From the NCBI GenBank assembly GCA_021613535.1, contig CP075494.1:14446001-14510000 (forward strand): 64,000 nucleotides of DNA, read 5' to 3'. A model generated the notes under the pieces. It saw only the letters and a list, made by a program, of their open reading frames with translations. It searched no databases and had not been told where the DNA came from. This DNA is from Adineta vaga. Its lineage: Eukaryota > Animalia > Rotifera. Position numbers and translations under genes: made by a program. Below, piece after piece: positions 16,174 to 27,419 of this stretch; position 1 is the first letter of the stretch; every line of letters begins with the position of its first letter.

Positions 16174-18996
16174 GAAAAACCATTTAACACACCTTTTATG
16201 TCAGACTGAACCTTATTTTTGTATAGAATAATGAAGAGTTCTGTTAGGTTTTAACAGAACCCTCTATGAGCCAGAACCTTTTTGTGGGTTCTGAATTTTA
16301 CCAGCGGGCCGAACCCCTAAAAAGGTTCTGGAAAACTCCTTTTTTATTTTCGGATTTGAATTTATAAGATGCATATGTCAAATTAATCAACATCATGTCA
16401 TATAAATTTGGTTGTGTAGGACCATATTGACGTAATAAATTTGCTGATAAATAACGAAATTATGGAACACACGATAATAAACAAATCAATTGATTACAAT
16501 ATATTGAATTATCAACGAGTATAAATATTCCATTGAGCTATATGAGAAAGTCGTAATGTATTGTGTATATTTCGGAAAGTATAGAAGCAATTGATCTCAA
16601 ATTGTGTCGAAGGAAAATAATATGAAAGTGTTCCACAACAGATTTTTAATGTTGAGAGAATCTGAAATAAAACATAGTTTCTCGTAATATTAACGTAAGA
16701 TACGATCAAATGAGAATTACATAGGTTTCGAAAAAAACAGTCGAGTATTCCAGAAGGTCTTCTATTGTAAAACTAGATTTACATAAGTGAATAGACAACA
16801 TTATTCTATAGAAGAATAAAATAATAGGGATCTATCGAAAGACGATAATGAGAAGGATATATCACATGATGCTTTAAACAAATATTACCTTCAAAGACAA
16901 TGATCAAAAAAGATTAGAACACTTATGATAATTAAATGAAAATAGAGTTGCTCTAGTAAATTACTGCTTGTCTATAAATAAGAAACAAAATGAGTAGAAA
17001 TATATATGAGATTTACGGAATATTCATTTTGAATTTTGTTCTCATTTCGTAAGTCTAAATATGGAAGTTTTTTTTATCTCTTTTGCCATGAAAGTAGAAA
17101 AGAAAAACTTCTTCTACGCAAGACATCAACATTATTATTTGTTTTCATTAGAATTTAAAACATTGAAAAAAGAACGAACAATCATATACTCTATAATTTT
17201 GGTCAAAATGTATATGTTTTCTGATAGAAGAGAAAGCTTTTATCTGGCAACATCAAGTATTAAAAAATGAAGAAAAAGAGTTTATTGAATTTTTTGTATG
17301 GATTCAATAGTTATTTACCTAATTATGACAACGGATAATATCCGTTTACAATCGATTATTTTAAAATTTACAAGCTCGTCTTTGAATGACGTTTGATAAT
17401 GTCTTCATTTTTATCTTGGTTATGATGCAACACTCGTTTGAATTCTCATTGTTTGGATGCTGTGAAATTGTGCAAAGGTTACACGTAACTATTATATGAA
17501 TTCGATATTTTTTACAAATATATTTAGAGCATTGCAATCAAAATTGATTAAATCAAACCAAACAAAGTTTATCATTAATTTTGTTATCTCTTTTCGATTA
17601 ATGTTAGATATTATTTGTTAATTCACGTCAGATATAATCCTATCTTTGTTAAAATATCAATATTATATGAAAGAAAATTTCCATTCAGTGTAAATATGAT
17701 AATTATATACTTCATCAATATATTCATAGTCAAAAAGTCAGTGATCAATATGCTATTGGTTCAATGAAACAAATGTCATGATACATGCGTCGATGGTGTA
17801 TTTTAGAAGAATGTTCAGGACAATCGATGAATTCAGAAAGGCGGTTCACATTGATTTCTCAAATAAACAAAATCGTCAAATTAGATAAAGAAACTATTTT
17901 GGATGTACATTCAACAACTAAACGTTCATTACCATGTGTAATTATTTGAATGCACAGCATGAAAAGCTTCGATAGATCTAGTATAGTCGGTTTCATCGAC
18001 ACCGATGATGAATATATTCAAAAAGAAATATGTGTAAACTTAAGACAGAACGACTTTACCACTCGCGAATTAATCATACTCTTGTAATTCTCAGAATGAT
18101 AATGAATAGGAAAGGGAATATAAGTACGGGTCACTATGTAAACATGAAACACTCTTTGTGTTTACAAATGCATTTCGCCGTCTTTCATTGAAGTTCGAAT
18201 ATATCGGAAGTTGGATCCAGATGCGATTTATATCCTAAATTGTGTCTCTACACATTTGTTAGTTGAGACTGAGATACACTCTTTTCTCTAAAACTTTCTT
18301 TTTTTATCTTGAAAGATGTACGAATACAAAATATCTTTCTATCATTAGACATCAAACGTCAAATAAAAGATGCAACTAAATAAAGTTGTCAAACTCGTCA
18401 TCCACTTTATCTTGACGTCAACCCCAACTCTCTAACGTTACAAATATAGTAACGATTTGTGAGACACTCAGACTTTAAACTAAACTCTCTATTATGAGAA
18501 ATATTCAAAATAAAGTTCGAAAGAATATTTTGCTACGTTTTCATGCACAACAGAATGTTTAATAAATGATTTTCCAGTCGTTCCCAATAGATCAGCGATG
18601 GGAATAAGTCCAGCGGACTCATTAAAAGGCTCATAAGACGCATCGACGGTCGTCCTTCTTCTTCATAACATTTCCACTATTGAAAATTTTTCAGAAGACA
18701 TTATATTAAGAGTAGACAGTTTCACAAAATATCGTATGATACCCATCAAACTTCACCTAATAAATTATAGTGCATTTCAAACACGGGATTTCGCTATTTC
18801 GGACATACACAAATCATCAACTTAGATGACGAACACATCTCACACGGTCGGGAATCGAGAGCTTGAAACAAAACACGTTATTGTACGATAAATACGACTT
18901 CGAAGCACAATGTATATTCATTTCTCACCACATCGGTTTCCTCTAAAATAATTCTCCAGCAAAGAGCACTAAAAAACAATGTCCCTCGAGTCCAAA

Positions 18997-21442
18997 CTAC
19001 CACGTCAACCTATTTCCAAAAGTATTTCGGAGATAGCTTCTTTCTCGAGCACCGATTCCATTGATCCCGAGATTTAGTGTGGTGAGTGTCTACAGAGGAG
19101 AGATAGTACGGATGTGTCAATTAGGACAAGAGCGAATGAGTATTACCGTGTTTATTCGCAAGGCATCACCAATATGTTGTGCTCCTTGATGGCCGATTCG
19201 ATTGCACCGGAGATCTAGTGTGGTGAGTGTCTATAAACGAGAGAATATGGATGTGTCAATTAGGACAAGAGTGAATGAGTATTACTGTGTTTATTCGCAA
19301 GGCATCAAAAATATGTTGTGCTCCTTGATCACCGATTTGATTGCCCCCGATATCTAGTGTGGTGAGTGTCTATAGAGGAGAGAGAGCATGGATGTGTCAA
19401 TCCGGACAAGAGCGAATGAGTATTACTGTGTTTATTCGCAAGGCATCACCAATATGTTGTGCTCCTTGATCACCGATTTTATTGTACCCGATATGTAGTG
19501 CGGTGAGTGTCTATAGAGGAGAGAGAGCATGGATGTGTCAATCCGGACAAGAGCGAATGAGTATTACTGTGTTTATTCGCAAGGCATCAAACATATGTTG
19601 TGCTCCTTGATCACCGATTTCATTGTTCTCGAGATTAAGCGTGGTGAGTGTCTATAGAGGAGAGAGAGCATGGATGTGTCAATCAGGAGAAGAGCGAATG
19701 AGTATTACTGTGTTTATTCGCAAGGCATCACCAATATGTTGTGCTCCTTGATCACCGATTTTATTGTACCCGATATGTAGTGCGGTGAGTGTCTATAGAG
19801 GAGAGAGAGCATGGATGTGTCAATCCGGACAAGAGCGAATGAGTATTACTGTGTTTATTCGCAAGGCATCACAAATATGTTGTGCTCCTTGATCACCGAT
19901 TTTATTGTACCCGATATCTAGTGCGGTGAGTGTCTATAGACGAGAGAGAGCATGGATGTGTCAATCAGGAGAAGAGCGAATGAGTATTACTGTGTTTATT
20001 CGCAAGGCATCACAAATATGTCGTGCTCCTTGATCGCTGATTTCATTGTTCTCGAGATTAAGCGTGGTGAGTGTCTATAGACGAGAGAGAGCATGGATGT
20101 GTCAATCAGGAGAAGAGCGAATGAGTGTTACTGTGTTTATTCCCAAGGCATCAAAAATATGTTGTGCTCCTTGATCACCGATTTGATTGCCCCCGATATC
20201 TAGTGTGGTGAGTGTCTATAGAGGAGAGAGAGCATGGATGTGTCAATCCGGACAAGAGCGAATGAGTATTACTGTGTTTATTCGCAAGGCATCACCAATA
20301 TGTTGTGCTCCTTGATCACCGATTTTATTGTACCCGATATGTAGTGCGGTGAGTGTCTATAGAGGAGAGAGAGCATGGATGTGTCAATCAGGAGAAGAGC
20401 GAATGAGTATTACTGTGTTTATTCGCAAGGCATCACAAATATGTTGTGCTCCTTGATCACCGATTTGACTGTACCAGAGATTTAGTGTGGTGAGTGTCTA
20501 TAAACGAGAGAATATGGATGTGTCAATCAGGAGAAGAGCGAATGAGTATTACCGTGTTTATTCGCAAGGCATCACCAATATGTTGTGCTCCTTGATGGCC
20601 GATTTGATTGTACCCGAGATCTAGCGTGGTGAGTGTCTATATAGAGAATATTTCTTTCGAGAATGTGGGTAAAGCAATCGGAACTTTAGAGTAATGTTTT
20701 TCAATTAGATATAGCATTATACAAGAGGTGTTGCGGTAGTGTGTGAAAGTGTTCGATCTGGGTTCATGGAGTGAAAAGAGAAATCGTTGCTTGTCTGATG
20801 ATTCCTGAGGTAATGTGCGAATCGTAGGATGATTAGAGTGAGTAGTGTACTGAAGGTAGTGATACTTGTTTATTTCGAATGGTGTTGGATTGTTATTTTT
20901 AGATTTGGTTTGCGAAAGATCATATTGAATCGGGGCAGAATATAAAACAATTCACTTTATTTTATTCGGTGGGTTCATAGATAGCTGTTGCATTGTTTAA
21001 TAGTTGCATGGAGACATTTGTTTGAAACGGGAAAGGTGTTTTTATGCGGCGGTTTTATTCTTGTGTGGCGCATGAGTGCGCGCTGAATAAGATATATATT
21101 ATATGTGCATAGATAGAAAAGAACAGGTGAGAGGAAGTGTGGTTTTAATAGCATGAGTCAATATTGTGTTTGGTTGACTCATGGAAATTGCTTCGGAATT
21201 GTGAAATTTGTTTTTTCTTTAAGTGAACTGATTAAGTTAGATATTGCGAGGCTCATATGTGCTTGAACGGATGAGAAAATAGGTAAAGCACTTTGCAAAC
21301 TTACTTGATATGGATGATAAATATTCAGAATTTGATTAAAACGTTGGCAAACATTTTGCATTGAGCAAAATAGTGTAAAAGCAGACAGATGATCCAAAAT
21401 TCGATAGACGAGTTCAATCGGTAATGTTGAAAATGTGTACAT
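18997..21442 (-). CDS. F-box + ribonuclease-inhibitor/NLRC3-type LRR protein (~384 aa), one LRR per exon
   Basis: Exon 1 (21442-21305) reads MYTFSTLPIELVYRILDHL...VCQRFNQILNIYHPYQ (F-box) then GTAAGT. Eleven 84-nt phase-0 exons follow (20636-20553, 20497-20414, 20356-20273, 20215-20132, 20074-19991, 19933-19850, 19792-19709, 19651-19568, 19510-19427, 19369-19286, 19230-19147), with consensus TLTxLxLxxNxIGDQGAQHIxDALRINT. The terminal exon 19089-18997 reads TLTTLNLGINGIGARERSYLRNTFGNRLTW*. All are stop-free with canonical GT-AG. Confidence 0.88.
19050..20640. repeat. Tandem array of 139-141-bp units (84-nt LRR exon + 55/57-nt intron), 11 full units plus a partial one
   Basis: Directly visible periodic recurrence of TGTTTATTCGCAAGGCATCA...GTGCTCCTTGAT...GGTGAGTGTCTAT...GGATGTGTCAAT. 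Confidence 0.98.
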
Positions 21443-22637
21443 ATTCGCTTTAAATTCCACAGAAGTTTGTTGAGAATACAAGCTATTGAAATATATTTTG
21501 TTTGTTATGAAAAGAAATTCGCTTTACTGATAGTATTGTATTTCTGTTATTCGAAAAAGATAATGAAATTTGACGATTTCAACAAAAGCGAATAGCTCGT
21601 TTATGCAGAAAGATGGCGTTAACGTATGTACTGAGTGTAGTTTTGTCTAACGTGTGTGATTATCAGTGTCAGTATACACTCAAGATACGTATTTTTCATT
21701 AGTAATTTTTTGAGTTTTACAAAAGAGTTTGTTTTAAGAAAGGATATTTTTGCATGTGATATTCAACAAAAGTTCAATCAGAAAAGGAAATCTTTGCGTG
21801 TAGATACGGATAGTCTCTACTTTTCACGCTCACGCTCCATACCCTCATAAACCATAATTTCATTCTCTTAGTTCGACGTAAGGCAATTTTTATTTCAAAC
21901 ACGTCTATCCTTAAAGATCTTAACAAGAAAATTATTTGAATTAAAGAAAACAAAGCCGGTTCATCTTATCGTGATGTGCGAGATAAATGTTTTGTATGAA
22001 CAACTGGTGGTGTATCAAATATTCTCAAAAGAAAAAGAAAACACATGAAAATATAAACTAAGTTCGAGTCTGACTGTCGTCACCGAGTTAACTGAGACTG
22101 TTTCATGTCTATGCCATCGTATCTCTAAGATGTTCTTATATGATTTGCTTATTCCCCTACGTTTTTCATTGATTCCAATAGTGTTCAAACTAGACAAATT
22201 TTACTGTACTGTATTTTTCTCAAACCTGCTACGAGTTCGATTCTACCTATGTGTTCATTTATTGAATTATCATCTCTAGAATGATCAATAGTTTCTATTT
22301 CAATATTACTAAACTTTTAATGATTGTATGAATAACTAACGACCGACTGATTGTAATCTCATATTATATCTATCGAAATCGCGTACTTAACTCGTACTGA
22401 AGGGTAGCGCAATATTTTGATCTTGTGCAGCCTTTAACTTTTAACCCTTGATCCTATCCTTACTCTATTCTCGGTTTCCGATGTTTGAGACAGTCTTGAA
22501 GAAAATGGTTTTTTGACCTTTGACACTGACACAAAGCGCACAGAAACTTTTTTTCCATATGACGCTCCTTTCTGTAGAAGGAATAAGGTGTGGGTGTAAG
22601 TGTTCCTTGATAGAGTACGCACATACATACATCCACA

Positions 22638-22768
22638 CAAGGGGAAAAGGCGGATCCGGGACCCTCATAGTTTCTGCGATCACATAGTTCATGATGACCA
22701 ATGATAACCCATGAGGGTCCGAAAGTTTTATAGGATTTGGGTATCCAGGATCCGCTTTTTCCCCCTTG
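22638..22768. mobile_element. 131-bp MITE with CAAGGGG(G)AAAA-type TIRs
   Basis: CAAGGGGAAAAGGCGGATCC ... GGATCCGCTTTTTCCCCCTTG, flanked by CA/CA. It lies inside a further GGTGTGGGT/ACCCACACC inverted pair. Confidence 0.65.
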
Positions 22769-24116
22769 CAGACCCACACCCTCAACTTTTGCTGAAAAAA
22801 CATTTGTTCAATTAACCCAGTAGCTTTATTAAATAATTCACAGTCAGAATTTTTTCTTTTATGCTTAATAACAGGTTATTTTCAGTTTCGCAATAATTAT
22901 AATAATTGATTAGAATTATGAAAAGCTAACATGAGATTTGAAACCCTCGACTTCGATTACTTTTGGATAAATCATTTACAGATGATTATTAGTAAATTTT
23001 CATGAATTTTTATATTGTTGCCATCTGACTGGATTAGACAAATAAGAAATAACAATTAATTAATTCTATCGAAAATTTCTGAAAAAAAGAAATAAAAAAA
23101 ATAAGAATGAATCATATCTTTTCGATATCTTAACCAATCAAAGAATGGATTAATACTGGAAATTTTATTTGCGTAAAAAATATATCAGTTAGACTAAATT
23201 AGATTTGAATATTTATTTCGTTTACGAAAGTAATAAATCATCATTGTTCGAAATTTTAAAAAATCGTTTTTTAGTTCATAATTCTCATGCAGAATCGTTT
23301 TTGAAAGAAAAATTTCCAACTAGTTTTGTATTATTTGATTGAAAATCTTTCCCATATTTTTGTTCAAGTTGATTTCAACTTCAGAAAGCTTAGGCTTGGA
23401 TCACATATGAAAAGAAAACGAACAAGACGACATCAAGTCAAAGGTTTATTCCAGAAACAAATGATCAAAGAAAGAGCAAACGAACCATGAAGATGATTGT
23501 TGCTGAGGAATTTTGTATTTTTCGGTGATCTGCTCGACCATTTCACGAAGACAACCAGCATTATTGTTACGCAATTGTTCTTCATTCTAGAAAGCATAAA
23601 CGGTGTTGTAAATATCGAATAAATTTTCAACAAACTAATGATACGACAGTAGTTTACAAATAGTAGACAGGCATCAGTACAATCCGGCCGACTATGTAGA
23701 GAATAATTTTACCGTTTATTGCTCAAATCAGCATCAACTAAAAGAATCCATACCCAGTTCGACTGGCACTGGATGCATGTCTGGCATATAGTTATCTCAA
23801 TCGAATTTTCTTCTCGGCGATCAAACGGTCAAACTATATAGTGAATAAATAATTTGAATCGAATGAAAAACATGAATAGGTCATAAATAGATTAAATACA
23901 ATAAAGGTTTTATTTCTTTGAGATAATTCACTATCTTTAGAAAAGAATTGAGAGCCGTCAGAGAATACACTACGCTCTCAAATGATCATTACGCTTCAGG
24001 AAAATGAAAATTTTTCCTGTCAACTTTTCGGCCACATTGAATAAGAATGTTTGTGTATGATTATTAGAGTTCGTCATCAGATTTCGTACTTAATCATACA
24101 GTAACTGTTTTGATCA

Positions 24117-24390
24117 ACCTGGAGAATCGGAGTGGAAGTCGAAAATAATTTTTTTGCGGTCGAACTCGAAATCACGTAATTAATGTAGCAATATTTGTTC
24201 TCACTCCAACACGGTGTCAGTAATGGTTTTGCATACTAAATGACACAAAATACTTGCCTTATTGTCAGTTAGGATCATAGATCGAGCTCCGAAACCCACC
24301 TCTGACGGAGTCGAAGTGGAATGCAAAAGCAAATTTTTTGCGCAGTAAAAGTCGAGTTTCAGAATCACAAAAATCGACTCCGAGAGGCTT
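24117..24390. mobile_element. Degenerate MITE with GGAGTCG-type subterminal repeats (hAT-like)
   Basis: Repeated GGAGT(G/C)GAAGT motifs and an inverted CGACTCCG near 24376. Confidence 0.35.
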
Positions 24391-24720
24391 TATCTTTTAA
24401 ATAATGTTTGTGAAGTCGTCGTTATAAATACAATTCATTTTTATTTATTTGTTTGGAAAGCAATGCATATTATATTGTATATGACTTATTTATATAGCAA
24501 AATATTATTTTCATTGTTTCCTTCGATAATATACGATCATTTAGGGTCATTAATCGACAGATACTTCAGAAGCTTTTTTATTTAGCGATAAAAAGAATAT
24601 AATGACTGAGAAAAACGAGATTGCGGCTACATGTATGTAATGTAATGAAGATAATTTTTTGCGAGATTATATAATTCACTTATAATACTTGAATTAAATG
24701 TTACTGTGGTATATGGATAT

Positions 24721-26124
24721 TTAATGTTTACAATGGACCGGAGTTTTTTCACAGCTCGTGGAAAATTCGATGTATTGTGAATCTATTTCATTGGTATGTT
24801 TAATTGTCTCTTTGATTGTTACACCAGCAACTGTTGGTGCTTGAGCTCGTTCCAGTTCCTTTTCATCCATATCTTCGGAGTGTTTCATACCAGTGTGTGT
24901 TTCAGTCTCAATACACGAAGACTCTGGCATAATCATGTCACCATGGCCATTTTGTTCGAAATCTTCTAAACAAGTGTCAAATGGATAAGGTTTAAACATT
25001 GGACAAGACATTTTTTCGTGTTGAATACATAGACCAGTCTTGACTGGTGCACCAAAACCTTAAAGGAAAAATAACGTTTAGTAAATCAAAATTATTACAT
25101 CATTTCATAATTCCATTATGACCTAGTTCTGCATGGATTGCTCGAAGAGTCGGAAACAATGGGAGATACTGATAGCTTGACTTACCTGTTAATTTATTTC
25201 GTTTATTTTCATCTTTTGATTTCGAAACAGATTGAATTTTGAGGACCATCTGTTTAAATGCGTCTTCAACAGTGATGCTGTTTTTGACCGAAACTTCTAT
25301 CAAGGAAATATTCAACTCGGCAGCATATATCTGAAATGAAAGTCGCATAAATTTCTTTCTTTTTTAAACAAATTCAATTTACTTTTGCTGTTTCGAAATC
25401 AACAGCTTTTTCTGTTATCAGATCACATTTGTTTCCGACAAGGAATTTCGTAACATTTTCACTTCCATATTTACGAATATCGTCCAACCATCCTTTCAGA
25501 TTGTTAAATGATCGCTAAAGTAAATTATAATTTCAAATCAAGAATTACAAATCATATCATATCCATACTTCATTGGTTACATTGTAAACAATAAAAATTC
25601 CATCTACACATTTGTAGAAACTTCCTAAATATAAGAATGAAGAAGCTTTTCATTGAGAAATCAAGAGTTTTACTTATGGTCCCACGAAAACCTTCTGCGT
25701 TGCTACTGTCGTACTAGGAAATAAAACAAAATGGTTTTGTAGTTTGTTAATTGTGTGATAAAATGAAAGGCTTACCGTACGAAGTTTGATACGTTTATTA
25801 TCAAGGTCCAATATTTGTTGTTTCTAAACAAATCCATATTTCAGATGAATAGTTTCGAAACGAACTTACGCAGTCGAAGCCAAACAAATCAATCATTAAT
25901 ACTTTTGAAACGGAAATCTAATATAAATAACTCGAGTAACAAATAAAAGAAGATTTTTCTGGTATACCTACATCGTTTACTGACGAAAAACACGATTTCC
26001 CAACTTTAGAATCACCAAGAACCAATAGATTGTACGAATAAACACCATCAGAACTCTTTGTTTGAATGTCACCTTCTCGATTAAATAAATTTGCTATCCA
26101 TCGTCGAAATTTTGAGCATGCCAT
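24721..26124 (-). CDS. Divergent Rab1-like small GTPase with altered switch motifs and long C-terminal extension
   Basis: Spliced: [120 protein letters not shown]. The last exon ends TPVHCKH*. Confidence 0.8.
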
Positions 26125-26196
26125 TATAATTTTTGTGGAGTTTGTCTGCAAGACAAATACGCATAGACAATAAGAGCTTTGAGCGAGGCACCAGCA

Positions 26197-26331
26197 CAAG
26201 GGGGAAAAGCGAGACTTCAGGAATGAAATACTTGACGTAACTTCATGCGGTAATTCACTTGTACTTCATCGTACTTCACCCATACTTCAAAATACTATCT
26301 AAGGTATTTGAAGTCTCGCTGTTCCCCCTTG
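26197..26331. mobile_element. 135-bp MITE with 23-bp TIRs and GCA target-site duplication
   Basis: CAAGGGGGAAAAGCGAGACTTCA vs TGAAGTCTCGCTGTTCCCCCTTG (22/23 match). GCA lies on both flanks (26194-96, 26332-34), with internal ACTTCA repeats. Confidence 0.85.
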
Positions 26332-27419
26332 GCACGGAGCAATAATAGACGCAAGTAATTGATGAGTTTCTGGACCAATCCCGTTTGCTGAATAGTATAG
26401 ATGGAGAGAGAGCTAGTCGATTTTGTTTAGTGTCTTTTGAAATTTACAACTCGGTAAATAATGGAGCATCTTTACTTTACAGACAGAAATTGTAATACAA
26501 GAACATCAGTGGGTGTATTCACTAAATGAAATAATATAAAAATGAGCAGTAAGAAAGAAACGAAAAAGGAGAGAAGATGAAAGAAACAAAACTGACTATA
26601 ATGGGCGATGATTGTTACTTCGTCGTCATACCAATATTCGATATTTTAGAATTTCTCGGTGCTTTTATTTCGTATAAAATCTATTCCTATTAATCTATTC
26701 GAAAGTTGCTAAAGTTTCTTGATTACTTCAGGAGCAAAATCGTACACGTCGTGAAGAGGAAGATAGTATTTTCTTTCTCATATGCTGACGTCACATTCCT
26801 ATAACAACAGAACTTTCAATAAAGAAGAATAAATAGACCATTAGTGTAACCAAGATGAAGTCAAATCAGTAAATATTCTTCAATTCAAAGAAAACATAAT
26901 GTCCGCTACAAAAATTATTTCATTTGTATATAAAGCTTCTAGAATATACTGTTTGTTAAGACCGGACAAGTTGAAGGAAAAAAATAGAGAAGTGAAGGTA
27001 ATAGTTGACACGATAGAATGAAAAAACATGATTGAAGAAACCGTTTTCAATTCGAAGGAGAGCAAAGCGTTATCAGAATGATTTACAGTGACATCTTATA
27101 TTTTATTTCAATGATGTATAATGGATATACAGAATTAAAAAAGAAAATCTTCGCAAATATCTTACATTCCCTTCTAATATCTGGTGATGGACTTCTACTA
27201 ATGGTGATATCAGCTAATCAGATGCAAATTTTTCATAGGAATTTGCAATTTTGTAGAAAAAAAAGAGACGCCTCATGCAACATTCAGTTCTCTCTTATGG
27301 AAGTAGAAAACACAAGTCTAGAGTGTGGATGTACAAGAAATTCATAATTACATCGTCTGAATCTGAACAAGAATTATCCGCACAAGATCAAAGATTTCTG
27401 TTGATATTCATATATATAT

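Larger units (their letters stand above)
14330..16353. mobile_element. ~2-kb degenerate TIR element with GGTTC/GAACC subterminal repeats and nested debris
   Basis: AAAAAAGGAGTTTTACAAAACCTTTTTGGGTTC (~14335-14370) is the near reverse complement of GAACCCCTAAAAAGGTTCTGGAAAACTCCTTTTTT (~16311-16345). Many AGAACC/GGTTCT motifs lie near both ends. Confidence 0.6.

Noticed and set aside
16400-18900. Coding-like fragments (e.g. WCILEECSGQSM near 17800)
   Set aside because: Too short and interrupted to assign. Possibly ancient pseudogene debris.
19050-20640. CRISPR-like array (constant repeat plus short variable segment)
   Set aside because: The variable parts are homologous codons within an LRR exon and are reused between units. 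Units carry GT-AG splice sites, the context is eukaryotic, and no cas genes are present.
18997-21442. Diversity-generating retroelement as the source of LRR variation
   Set aside because: No reverse transcriptase or separate template repeat is visible in the window, and substitutions are not obviously restricted to adenines of one template.
23430-23700. Interrupted minus-strand coding-like stretch
   Set aside because: It contains stops and has no identifiable homology.
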